A DNA stretch of 64,000 nt, from NCBI RefSeq assembly GCF_009914755.1, contig NC_060936.1; one strand, given 5' to 3'. Both the position numbers and the translations under genes were made by a program. Positions 43,784-64,000 of this stretch are shown piece by piece. Below the pieces are notes generated by a model. The model had not been told where the DNA came from. It made no database searches and saw nothing but the letters and a program-made list of their open reading frames with translations. Position 1 is the stretch's first letter; each line of letters opens with the position of its first letter. This DNA comes from the human T2T-CHM13v2.0 reference genome, Homo sapiens.

Positions 43784-44079
43784 TTATTACTATTTTCAGA
43801 CAGAGTCTCGCTCTGTTGCCCAGGCTGGAGTGCAGTGGCGCGATCTCTGCTCACTGCAACCTCCACCTCCCGGGTTCAAGCAATTCTCTCTGCCTCAGCC
43901 TCCCAAGTAGCTGGGATTACAAGCATGCACCACCACGCCCAGCTAATTTTTGTATTATTACTAGAGACGGGGTTTCGCTATATTGGCCAGGTTGGTCTAA
44001 AACTCCTAACCTCGGACAATCTGCCTGCCTCAGCCTCTCAAAGTGCTGAGATTACAGGCGTCAGCCACCGTGCCTGGCC
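43784..44079 (-). mobile_element. Alu (S-like) with TSD ttattactatttt
   Basis: Full dimer; TSD at 43784-43796 and 44080-44092. Confidence 0.9.
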
Positions 44080-44475
44080 TTATTACTATTTTTTGAGATG
44101 GGGGTCTCACTATGTTGCCCAGGGTGGTCTCAAGCTCCTGAGCTCAAGCGATCCTCCTGCCCCAGCCTCCCAAAGTGCTGGGATTACAGGCGTCAGCCAC
44201 CGTGCCTGGCCTTATTACTATTTTTTGAGATGGGGGTCTCTCTATGTTGCCCAGGGTGGTCTCAGGCTCCTGAGCTCAAGCGATCCTCCTGCCCCAGCCT
44301 CCCAAAGTGCTGGGATTACATGCGTCAGCCACCGTACCTGGCCTTATTACTATTTTTTGAGATGAGGGTCTCTCTATGTTGCCCAGGGTGGTCTCAGGCT
44401 CCTGAGCTCAGGCGATCCTCCTGCCCCAGCCTCCCAAAGTGCTGGGATTACAGGCGTGAGCCGTGGCACAATGCC
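44080..44475 (-). repeat. Tandem array of three 132-bp Alu left-monomer (FLAM-like) units
   Basis: Units start at 44080, 44212 and 44344 and are near identical. Confidence 0.95.
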
Positions 44476-44566
44476 CTAATAGTGTACTTTTGAAGTTGGG
44501 ATGAACAGAACAACATTTCAGGATCCCAGTCACACCTGTAATGTTATATACAAACACCTGAGATTT

Positions 44567-44869
44567 CTTTTTTTTTTTTTTTTTTTTGAGATGGAGTCTT
44601 GCTCTATTGCCCAGACTGGAGTGTAGTGGTGCAATCTCGACTTACTACAACCTCTGCCCCCTGGGTTCAGGCAATTCTCTTGCCTCAACCTCCTGAGTAG
44701 CTGGGACTACAGGCATGCGTCACCACACCCAGCTAATTTTTGTATATTTAGTAGAGACGGAGTTCCGCCATGTTGGCCAGGCTGGTCTTGAACTCCCAAC
44801 CTCAGGTGATCCGCCTGCCTCAGCCTCCCAAAGTACTGAGATTACAGGCGTGAGCCACTGCACCTGGCC
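44567..44869 (-). mobile_element. Alu (S-like) with TSD aacacctgagatttct
   Basis: TSD at 44553-44568 and 44871-44886. Confidence 0.95.
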
Positions 44870-44919
44870 TAACACCTGAGATTTCTATTGGTGACCCAGT
44901 CACAGCCACTGCTAATCCC

Positions 44920-45100
44920 CCTGTGGTTTGTTGTCTATATTCATAATAGAAGGAAATACTAATTTCACTGCGAGTTTAGTGATAATGAAAGTGTGATTTT
45001 TTTTTTCCATCCAAGTTCACAGATCCATGAATTCTGTCCATGGTCTCCCACACCCCCATAAAAGTCTATTGGAAGATAACAGGGTATGAACCCCTGACTT
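44920..45100. mobile_element. Probable ancient hAT/Charlie-type MER fragment (family not determined)
   Basis: ctgtggtttgttg...ccatccaagttcacagatcc...ctgtccatgg resembles a MER consensus as I recall it. Confidence 0.35.
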
Positions 45101-45954
45101 ATTAAGTAACTAATTGGTCTCTTGGTCCCTATAGGGACAGAGGAGGATTCTCATGAGAAATCGGCACAGTTTTGAAAGCTGGGGCAATGTGCTTGTACTG
45201 CGAGCCAAGGCAAAGAGACAGGTTTTGTGGAATAGAAAATCCATTCTGTGAACAGCTTTTCAAGGAATATTTCCCAGAGGGCCAGGAAAGAGCAAGGTCT
45301 GGCTTAGGCTGATTTTGGCTCAGAGACAGGGCTTGGGGAGGGAAGTTTCTCCTAAAAGTGTCTATCAATACCTCTATTCTAATACACGCACACTCTACCT
45401 CTGGGGTGAAGTTCTGGGCAGCTCTGGTCCCTCTGAAACTTCAGTTTTCCACCCAGAAAAAGAATCCCTCCCTCCCCTTTTCCCCCAACATCACGCTGTA
45501 AACACCTTTGCAGCTTTTTTGCCCCAAAGGATCTGTAGACAAGTCCTACCTTAGCACCAAGTAATCCCTTCACAAAGATAAGTCAGGAACTGAAGCATTT
45601 TTTGCCTTTAAACAGAGCACTTAGTGAAACACCTCTGCTCATGGAAGGGAAATTGCAAATGGCCCCAGGACAGCAGCACTCACTTTTCTTGGTGAAATAC
45701 AGCTTCAAGAACTCTGAGCCGCTGGGACAGGCATTTGGAGGCTGATTTAAGTGACAGACAGAAATAAGAAAGCTGGAAACCCAGAACACCCATGAGTAAA
45801 TCAAACGTGGCTTAGAGTTGAACAGGATGATCTCAGTGGATTCTGGGGTCCCAGCAAAATGAGAACAAAAGCATTTGTGAATCAGCTACACTACGCAAGA
45901 TCCATGCCATGCTCTTTGCTTGCTTCATCTAAAGGTACCAATACTAGGTCTGAT

Positions 45955-46703
<749 letters not shown>

Positions 46704-46718
46704 TTAGGCTCTTTCTAG

Positions 46719-47065
<347 letters not shown>

Positions 47066-47508
47066 TAGAAAGGTTAGGTAACTTGCTTGAAGTCACTAAA
47101 ATAGCAGGAGGCAGAACTAGAATTAGAACTTGGGACTCAACTTCTCTTTCTTCCACACCAGGCTGCCTCTGACATGTTCCTGGGAAAAGTAAAAAAAGGA
47201 AAGATAATGGAGAGCAAAAAAAAAAAAAAAAAAAAAAAGAAAAAAAAGAAAAAAAAAAAAGAAAGGTAATGGAGAAGAAGAAGAGCTAAGAGGAAAATAA
47301 TCCTTTTAGCTAGGCCTTACACCTAGAGAAACTGAGGATCAGACAGGAAAAGTAATTGTCTAAGGTCACAAAGAAAAAAAAAATCATAATGGCTAAGGGT
47401 CTTAGCTCAGAGGTTGCCCCACTCTGCCTTTTCTTGTCTTGGTACCACATGGCAAGTGACTTTGGCCTTCCAGATCTCAGTTTGCTTATCTATAAAATAG
47501 GGCTAACC

Positions 47509-47740
47509 ACAGGAGTTTAAGACCAGCCTGGGCAACATAGTGGGACCTCATCTTTGAAAACAAAAACAAAATTAGTTGGGTGTGGTGACGTGCACCTGTA
47601 GTCTCAGCTACTCGGGAAACTGAGGCAGGAGGATCACTTGAGCCCAGGTGGTTGAGGCTGTAGTGAGCTATGATGCTGCTACTGTAGTCCAGCCTGGGAA
47701 ACAGAATAAGATCCTGTCTCCAAAAAAAGAAAAAAAAAAA
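47509..47740 (+). mobile_element. 5'-truncated Alu (J-like)
   Basis: Begins at caggagtttaagaccagcctggg. Confidence 0.85.
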
Positions 47741-47761
47741 GGTAAAATAAAATGGGGCTAA

Positions 47762-48296
<535 letters not shown>

Positions 48297-48455
48297 TGAG
48301 TACGATTTTTTTTTTGTTTGTTTGTAAACAACACGACCACAATAGTGTTATTGAACACGCCTCAAAAGACAATGATTACATCATCTTATGAACTCTCCAT
48401 GTAATCCTCCACCATCCCTGATTGTACCCATTATTTTCTTTCTTTTTAAAAAATC

Positions 48456-48762
48456 AGCCAGGTGCGGTGGCTCACGCCTGTAATCTCAGAACTTTGGGAG
48501 ACCAAGGCGAGCAGATTGCTTGAGCCCAGGAGCTCAAGACCACCCTGGGCAACATGGCGAAACCCCATCTCTGCTAAAAATATGCAAAAAGTAGCCAGGG
48601 GTGGTGGCATACGCCTGTAATCCCAACTACTCGGGAGGCAGTTCAGTGGCTCAGCCAAGAGAATTTAAACAAAACACATCATTGCTTGAAGCAGGAAAGT
48701 GGAGGTTGCAGTGAGCCAAGGTCATGCCACTGCACTCCAGCCTGGGCGGCAGATTGAGACTC
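48456..48762 (+). mobile_element. Alu with a non-Alu insert at 48640-48680
   Basis: Alu consensus interrupted in the right arm. Confidence 0.9.
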
Positions 48763-49720
48763 ACCCCAGCCCCAGATTTCTTAAAAGGATATCACATAAT
48801 TCATAACTAAGGTTTGAGTAGATGCTATTCACTATCTGTATATATCTGCATTTCTAAGTTATATATTTCTTCTGTGAAGTTGACATATGAATTAAACTTC
48901 ACTGAGACGGAAATTCCAAAGGATAATATTTAAAAATAAATGTGCATAGGAGTTGTTCTTGCACCCCGTGGTCTATTCATGAGCAATCTGGGGGTGGAAG
49001 GAACAACCTCATCAGGCATTTTCTAAATCTCGAGACCAGTCAGAACTCTGCTTACAAACCAAAGGAAAACGGAGCCCACGAAACTCCGTGGAAAGTGTTC
49101 ATCTCTCTGATCTTCCGACTATTCACTGATTCTGGAAGAGGTAAAGGAAGGCTCTCCTGCCAAAGCCTTCATCAATTTAGGGGGATCCTGGGCAATGATA
49201 TATACAAACCGGAAACTGCTTCAGGGAAGGGGGTAATATTTTTTTCATTTTTCTTTTTTAAGTGCTAGCTCCCTCAGAGCTCACGGGAGGCAGGTCAGTG
49301 GCTCACCCAAGAGACTTTAAACAAACCACATTGCCCGCAGGCTGGCTTGGTGAAGGAGGGGATTTACTTTTCTCCCCTCCGCCTGAGGGGTGTTAACAGC
49401 AGAATTAAGTCTGGGGAATCTGGCAGGGGCTTTCTTGCTACGGGGGAGGTGTGTCTGTGCCTCTTTGCAAAGCATTAATCACTGGTTTATAGAGGGGAGA
49501 GAAAAGAAACACGCACACACCATGCAGGAAGCTGGTGCGGCTGCTCAGTCTTGGGTTCCCTGAGAGGCAAATCTCCCCCTTCCCCAATTCCACTGGGATC
49601 AACTCAGCTTGCCTTTGTCCAGGCCTCCAGGGGAATGTGGGGGGGAAAACCCTTAGGAGATGGGGAGCAACCAGAGGAAATGCACCACTTTCTTTTATTT
49701 TTTGAGATGTGTATTTTTTG

Positions 49721-50355
<635 letters not shown>

Positions 50356-51822
50356 CTATGGATAAATCACAACTATCTGCTAGATAAATGGCAACAATGT
50401 CCAGGTGTTACCCAGACACAAGCCATTTTTTCCCCTCCACCTTTATCAATAATAAATGTCATACCCCATCAACTGGATCTCAAGACTTTTGCCTACACTG
50501 CAGGCAGATCTTACTAAATGGACTGAAAGTGCCAGGCTGAGCAAGTGATACTGAAAAACATTTACATCCTGAAACCCTCAGCAATTTGGACACATGCTTA
50601 ACAGTGTCGGCCTCCGAAGGTTCCAACTGAATCCTTCTTCTTCTCTGGCAAGGAGTGCCACTTTATTGCAGCCATGATGTTGGATATGTCTTAAAATGAG
50701 CCTTCTAGGGTCCCTCCATGGTCAGTTCATCTGCTACCCTGCTGGCTCAAATCCATTTGCAATGGCTATAAAAGACTGTCAGCTGATGCTAGCAGTAAAT
50801 CTCCTTTCATTCAAAAAGGCTGACAAGAGAGAAGCAGCTTGAGTTTTCACTCCAATCTTGCAAACTTGCAGTCCTGCTGTGCCGCCTTGTTTTTCAATAC
50901 ACAATCCCCACCCTCCCTCTGCAATGTTTCTATCCCGTGATGGTCAGGTGCAAAACTGGAGTCCGAGGTGTGGTTTCATGGTGGTAGAAGAAAGGTCAGA
51001 TTGTGTTCCTTGCTTCTTAGGCTGGTGGCTGTTCATCTCACACAGCCTCTGTCCTTCTGTGTCTTTGTGAAAAATGGTGCACTTTTGCTGGCAAACAGGT
51101 TTTTCTGGCTGGTTACTCTTAAGGTGGATGTTTCCCTTGACTGAGGGAAGCCAGAGACTGTCAGGAATGTTTGCAAGTGAAGGAGGGTCGGTGGTGTTCT
51201 CAGAGCCTGAGACTGAGAAGTGAGGGAGTTAGTTGTAGACTCATATCTGAACCTATCTCTCAGGTTAGTCATGGCTCCCACTGGTCAAAAGGTTCTAGAA
51301 AAACAGCAGCAACCGGGCTTATTGATTGAAATTTCATGATCAAGTCAGACAAGCAAACTGGCAGAAAAGTGAGCTATGGGTTTTGAGTGAAAATATCTGG
51401 CTTCAGACTCTTCTATCCCAGATATGGTGAGCAAAGCCGGCCAGACAACCTCTCCAATCTACGATATCTATCAAATGGGGCTGGAGTGTCGTGCTCTATC
51501 TCCTGGGGCCTTTGGATAAAATCCTTGGCAAATTTTACATTGCAGAATGTTTGGAGATGGTTGTTACTATTATGGTAGTTATGACAATAAGGGAAACACC
51601 TTTTGGGAGTGAAATTAATTGACATTTATAAAACAAATGGGAAATTTCCTGCACGCTGTGCTGGGAAGGTGTGCATTGTGGGGAATTTGCAAGATGAAGC
51701 AATAGAATTGATACAGTTCCAGGTGATATACAGATTAGCTGCTCTTCAGATGTGTGAAAAGAGAAATCCTAGGGTGCCACATTCTTTGAGGAAGATCTGG
51801 GCGTGTTCCTGTAGAAGCATAA

Positions 51823-52306
<484 letters not shown>

Positions 52307-52529
52307 TAGAATGCAAGTCAAATCAAATCATTCTTTATCGCCACATTATATATCTTCAATAGCTTCCCATTGCTCTTAAGGGAAGGACCAACATTTAATA
52401 GGTCTAGAAAGCCCCGCAGGATCTAGCTCCTGCTCTCTCTTCTCCAGCTCCATTAGTCTCATGTTCTCAGTCATTTTTTCTGCTCTTACCTTGTGATAAA
52501 TTGAATTATTGACACCAAAACTTCATCCC

Positions 52530-52680
52530 AGGCTGGTGTGGTGGCTCATGCCTATAATTCCAGCACTTTGTTTGGGAGGCTGAGGCGGGAAGATCGAGAC
52601 CAGGAATTCGAGACCAGTCTGGGTAACATAGCGAGACCTCATCTCTCCAAAAAAAAAAATGAAAAAAAAAAATCAAAACA
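52530..52680 (+). mobile_element. FLAM/Alu left monomer
   Basis: Alu left arm plus A tail. Confidence 0.8.
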
Positions 52681-52689
52681 ACACTTCAC

Positions 52690-53115
52690 ATCCTTGTATT
52701 CATGCCGTGTGCCTGAGATTAGGCAATTTCCCTCTGATCTTTGACTTTAAGCTTGGTCATGTGATCTGCTTTGGCCAATCAAGGGTGAGCAGAAATGACT
52801 GTGGGCCAGTTCTGACCCCAGGCTTTTGGAGGCATTGCTTGTTTGTACTTGTCCTCTCATGCTTCTGTTACTGCTGTGAGGAGAGCTGGTGTTCCTTTGG
52901 CCTGGGGCCCACCCAGAATGGACACACTTGGGGGCAGACTGGAGCCCACCTTGCATCTGGAGCTAAGCTGTCAGACCTGCAGCTTGAAGCAGGGCAGCCT
53001 GGCTGAGGCCCACCAAGATCAGCCAACTTGCAAACACAGAAGAAACCAGTGCTTCTTGTGGTATGTCACTGAGGTTTTGCGGGTGTTTGTTTCGTGGCAG
53101 TAGCTGACTGATACA
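52690..53115 (+). mobile_element. MLT1-type (ERVL-MaLR) solo LTR remnant
   Basis: ttggtcatgtgatctgctttggccaat and terminal gcagtagctgactgataca. Confidence 0.65.
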
Positions 53116-53126
53116 AGACCCCCTGG

Positions 53127-53825
<699 letters not shown>

Positions 53826-53849
53826 AATGCTGCCTTCTTATTACTGAGA

Positions 53850-54165
53850 GATTTCTGTTCATCCTTCAGGTCTCAGCTCAAAGTTCATTGCTCTTGAGAA
53901 GCCTTTCCTAACTAACCCCTCAGGTGAGGGGTAAACCATTTATTACACACCCTCTCTAGCCCCATACCTCTCCTTCATGGCACTTATCAGAATTGTGCCT
54001 TTATGTGATCCTTCAGTTGCTGTCTATCTTCTTCCCTAATGCTTTATGAGGTTAGGAAGCTTCACTCTGGGTCACATTTGCATTCCTAGAACAAAACACA
54101 GTACCTTTCCAGGCACGCAGTAGGGGCTCAGTACATTTTGCTGAAATGAATCAATGAATGAAGGA
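53850..54165 (+). mobile_element. L2 3' end fragment
   Basis: catccttcaggtctcagctcaaa...cagtaggggctcagtacattttgctgaaatgaatcaatgaatgaa. Confidence 0.65.
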
Positions 54166-54211
54166 GCTGAGCATCATTTCTCCAGGTTAAAATATTGTAA
54201 ACTGAAAATGA

Positions 54212-55300
<1,089 letters not shown>

Positions 55301-55739
55301 TCTGTCTCCAAAAAAAAATTAATTAAAAAAAAAAGAACATGTCAGGCCTTTAGAGTCTGCTGCATGATGCCCGGAAAGACTTCTAACATGGACGATCCTT
55401 GGGTTGAGCCTTGGAGGTTCAGAATTCAGGATGTGACAAGGACAGCTGCTGGCTACAACTGTGGCTATTGCTGCTCAGTGCTGTGGAGACTTCGAGGGAG
55501 GCATCAAGGAATGCTTCCTGGAGGAGGAGACTTTTGGGATGCACCACATACATGAGCCAAGTTCACCAGGTGGTGTTGGAGGAGAAGAGATGTTCAAGAC
55601 AGAGGTAGCAGCACACAGAGATGAATAGGGGCAGAGAGTGTTCTGAGAATGGCAGATCATTTGGTGGAGTGAACCAGGGTGAGCTGAAGATATAAGAGTG
55701 CCTGGCTGGTGATTGGGTTGGCAAGTAATAAGGGTTGAT

Positions 55740-56684
55740 ATTTATTTATTTATTTATTCGAGATGAAGTTTCACTCTTGTTGCCCAGGCTGGAGTGTAGT
55801 GACGTGGCTCACTGCAACCTCCGCCTCCCAGGAGGAGCTGGGATTACAGCCTCAGCCTCCTGCCTTGGCCTCCTGAGTAGCTGGGATTATAGGCACCTGC
55901 CAGCATGCCTGGCTAACTTTTTGTATTTTTAGTAGAGATGGGCTTCGCCATGTTGGGCAGGCTGGTCTCGAACTCTTGATCTCAGGTGATCTGCCCGCCT
56001 CAGCCTCCCCAAGTGCTGGATTACAGGCGTGAGCCACCGTGCCCTGCCAAGGGTTAATATTTATTGATCACTTACCCTGTGCCAGCACTATGTGAAACAC
56101 TTAACACCCATGGAGTCTCATCCTAGCCTTACCCACCTCCATCACCAAGGAAGTTGGTACTGTTGTCACCCCTTTTAACAGATCAGGAAACTAAAACACA
56201 GAGAAGTCAAGTAACTTACCCAAGGTCATGGATAGATGGAGTGACTGGGTCAGGATTTGAACTCAGTCAACCTGGATCCATATCATGTGTCTCAGCCATC
56301 AGACAACACTGCCAGGGGCTTGTGGTGTGCTGGGCCCAACAGTCAGGACATTGCTCTTCATTGCTCTTTTTTTTTTTTTTATTTATTTTTTTAAAGATAG
56401 GTTCTCACTCTGTTATCCAGGCTGGAGTGCAGTGGCACAATCACGGCTCACTACAGCCTCCCTCCTGGGCTCAAGTGATCCTCCCACCTTAGCCTCCCAG
56501 GTAGCTGGGACCACAGGTGCTCACCATCACACCCAGCTAACTTTTTGTATTTTTAGTAGGGATGGGGGTCTCACTATGTTACCCAGGCATAGTGAGACCT
56601 CCTCAAACTCCTGGGCTCAAGTGATCCGCCCGCCTCAGCCTCCCAAAGTGCTGTGATTACAGGCGTGTGCCACCGTGCCCAGCC
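55740..56684 (-). mobile_element. Two Alus (55740-56047, 56365-56684) flanking a MIR (~56060-56300)
   Basis: Alu consensus; MIR core ttttaacagatcaggaaactaaaacacagagaagtcaagtaacttacccaaggtca. Confidence 0.85.
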
Positions 56685-58189
56685 AGCACACAGTTCTTGA
56701 GCTATGGCAAATCCTGGAAGGTTTTTGAACAGGGGACTGGTGTGGCCAGCTGTGGAATTTGTGGGAGCCAGGTTTGGGACAGTAGTTCAAGGCATGCATT
56801 GGCTAAATAAAAACAAAGAGGAGGCTCTAGGGGTAATGAGTGGACCGAGTTGGAGGTCAATTTAACAAGCAGCCAACAGCTTTATTGAGAAGTTCTCAGA
56901 AGCGGGAAGAGGAGATTGGTAGATTATGGGAGAAAATGAGGGAAGCAGCAAGATGCTCGGGAACAGATAAGGAAGATCTAAGTAAAATATTTCATTGAGG
57001 TGGGGGAGCCCAGTGATTTTTTTTCTGCCCAGACCTCAGTGCAGGAGCTAATGGAAAAAACCTAACCTGCGGTTATGACATTTGGGGTGGGGAGAAGTCA
57101 GATGAAAACGATAGAGGTATCAGAAGGAAAGGCTAATGGAATGACAAGGGAGGCATTAAAAGGCAATAAATCTGGCAGCCTGGATGGTATTTACCCAGGA
57201 ATTCTGCAGAGGACGGTTAACTCTTAGAAACCTGCTCACCTGGGTCTGCAGCTGAGGCTGGTGGGCAGCCTACTCAGGCTCCTAACAAGGGGTTTGAGCC
57301 CATTCTCAGAAGAATCAGGCCCTAGAAGCGATATGTTTCTAGGCTGGGAGCCCGGGGAGTCTTTGGAGACAGATGGGAGCCCCAAATGGCGGAAGGATGG
57401 GCTGGTAAAAAGGGTTCCATCACTTCAATCACTGGGGAACATTCTCTAGAAGAGTTAATCAGCCCATGGGGAAGGGAGAACCACAAGATATAATTTATTT
57501 ACCTACTGTGACAAGATCCTTCCCAGAAGGCTGTGGATGGTAATTCCCTGTAATTATATCTCAAGCGAGGTTCTTTAGGCTTGTAGACAGGTTAACTCAT
57601 TAGTGTTCACAGCACACCTGGGAGAAAGGTCGGGGGTGATGGTCAACTTCAACAGCCTGATAGGGGAAACTGAGGCACTTTTCTGTCTACGCCAGCCAAC
57701 TGGGGGCAATTGATCAGAAGAACAGAGAACTATAATTTTCCTAGCATTAAGTGTTTAAAGGGAGGCGAGAAAGAGATTAGGCACCAGCACCTGCGTTCAA
57801 TTTCCCTTCTACCTGTGCTTTCTGTGTAATCTGAGAAAAGTCACTCAACAGCTCTGGGCTTGTTTGATCTACAAATAAAAAGAGCTGGGTGCAATGGACT
57901 GTATAGTTCCTGATTCATGAGCCTGTATGTTTGGGAATTTAACCTCCCTTTCAGTTAAGGAGAAATGCCAAGTTTGTTGTGTGATGATGAGGGTGGGTTT
58001 CGGTTAGACTGTAGGATGAACTCGGTCACGTTGTGATACATTCCTCATGACCTTCAGTGGTGGATAAGTCAAGGATTAGACTCTTCAGAGATCTAAAGGT
58101 ATAAATGAGGAATAGCAAAGTTAGGATACCAGATTTATGCCATATAGCAAACTACTTGTTGGGGGTCAGGGAGATGAAATGGGGGATTC

Positions 58190-58856
<667 letters not shown>

Positions 58857-59149
58857 GGATAATTAAGGTTTCAAGAAACCCTGATTTTTCTCACTTTTTG
58901 TTCTAAAGGTTGTCTTCTGCTCCTGATCTGGTTGGCTGGAGACACTTAGAAGCTATGGCCTTTCACCTGTAAGAGTTTCAATTTGCTTCAAGGAATGAAG
59001 TAACAGCTGTGAAAGTTCTTTGTGAACCATGAAGCAATCCTGATGTGTTGATTTTTTTTTTCTCACTTCTTTCGTTATTGGGTTAAGGACAGGAATTGAG
59101 GTAAAGGAAGGGGGAAGTTAGAGAAGGGAAGGGGAAGAAAGATGAGGAG

Positions 59150-59770
<621 letters not shown>

Positions 59771-60786
59771 TCAACTTTTATTTTAGATTCAGAAGGTCAT
59801 CTAAGATCTTTAGACTTCTACTTTACCTTTGTCTGAAACTGGGTTTTGGAGAGACAATTAGAAACTAGGATCTTTTTTTTCCAATTTCGCACTAACTTTA
59901 TCGTGATCAGAGTCCTGGGAAAAACAGAATTCATTCAATTCTGTTCAATCAGGAAGTATTTAATACAGGACTATTTATAGAAAGGTGGACATGGCTGAAG
60001 AAACCAACAAGGGATGCTTAAGCACTCTGGGGCCAGCAATAGAGGAAGCAGGGGCCGGAACTGGGGTGTATGGAGCCCAGCAAGGGCTGGAACTGTGGGG
60101 GACGGGGCTGTCCCGCATGAGCTGTGGTCATGGAGCCTCACAGCCACTTCCAGGGAGAGGACAGGGAAGAGACACCCAAACTGGAACTTACTCCTATCTC
60201 CTGCCCATGCCTCCCATAAACAGGGCCCAATCAGAAACAGAGGCCATGGGGCTAGGGATGCATCTGCAGGGGTGCGGGGTGGCGCCCCAGCCCTGGTGGA
60301 GCATGGATCCGTGTGTTGGGGTGGGGTGGGGGATAAGCATCTCAGACAGAGCTGGCCTGTCCCCTCGTCCTTTTTGACCCTCTGATTGGGAACACACTCA
60401 GTGACCTTGGGAGTGTTTTACTCAAAGAAAGAGGACTCTTGGATGTATTTCAGTAGGTGCATGGGGGTTTTCCTGGAACCGTGGCGTGGTCCCCAAGCCC
60501 TGCACAAACACCCTCTCCACCTGTCAGCACTCCATAGGCTCAAGTGAGTCCCTGTCACACTTGGAGAAGAATTTGGAGCGTGTGTCTCCCAGCCACCCTC
60601 CAGCCCTTTTTTAGTGGGAGCCTTATTTTAAAGGATGTGTTTATTAGCTTAATCAGTTGCTTTTATTATCAGCTGTGTGACCTTGAGGATGTAACGTAAC
60701 CTCTCTAGGTCTCGGTTTTCTTGTCTGTAAAATGGAAGGTTATGATGAGAATTAAGCATGGCCAAGTATTTGATGTCAGGCACTAA

Positions 60787-62777
<1,991 letters not shown>

Positions 62778-62804
62778 TACAATAATTTACCTTAAAAACA
62801 AAAC

Positions 62805-63892
<1,088 letters not shown>

Positions 63893-63904
63893 AATGCCTT
63901 TGGA

Positions 63905-64000
63905 ATTATTATTATTATTATTGTTATTTTTTTCAGATGGAGTCTCTTGCTCTGTCACCCTGGCTGGAGTACAGTGGAGTGATCTCAGCTCACTGAAACC
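63905..64000 (-). mobile_element. Alu 3' part (truncated by window edge)
   Basis: agatggagtctc...ggctggagtacagtgg. Confidence 0.85.

Noticed and set aside
43738-44493. ORFs with repeated 44-aa units; superficial CRISPR-like periodicity
   Set aside because: Translation of antisense Alu monomers; units are wholly repeated with no unique spacers, and the DNA is eukaryotic

Overview
Primate (almost certainly human, chr12q24.21) genomic DNA containing the complete TBX3 T-box transcription factor gene on the minus strand. All coding exons were placed by hand from GT-AG junctions: 22273-21885, 20219-19952, cassette exon 2a 19045-18986, 18724-18578, 16729-16653, 15543-15386, 13922-13252 and 11390-10929. 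These give 723 aa, or 743 aa with exon 2a. The 5'UTR is about 1 kb and the 3'UTR about 1.6 kb. The gene lies in a ~37 kb Alu-free domain (1409-38490) with several CpG islands, including ~5 kb of islands downstream of the 3' end. The rest of the window (~43.8-64 kb) is Alu-saturated intergenic DNA with MIR, L2 and MLT1 remnants. No other protein-coding gene is supportable, and I found no convincing wholly new biological system. The best second-look items are: an NMD-escaping Arg/Pro-rich +1 frame across exons 5-7; a poly(A) signal inside a perfect palindrome carrying AATAAA on both strands; three Pumilio elements in 76 nt; a uAUG-poor 5'UTR with two micro-uORFs and a weak start context; a divergent TATA/CCAAT promoter; a consensus CTCF site beyond the 3' end; a 132-bp chimeric Alu-monomer tandem array; and a ~50-bp templated insertion inside an Alu, copied from unique DNA 650 bp away. 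Repeat and CpG island boundaries are by-eye estimates.
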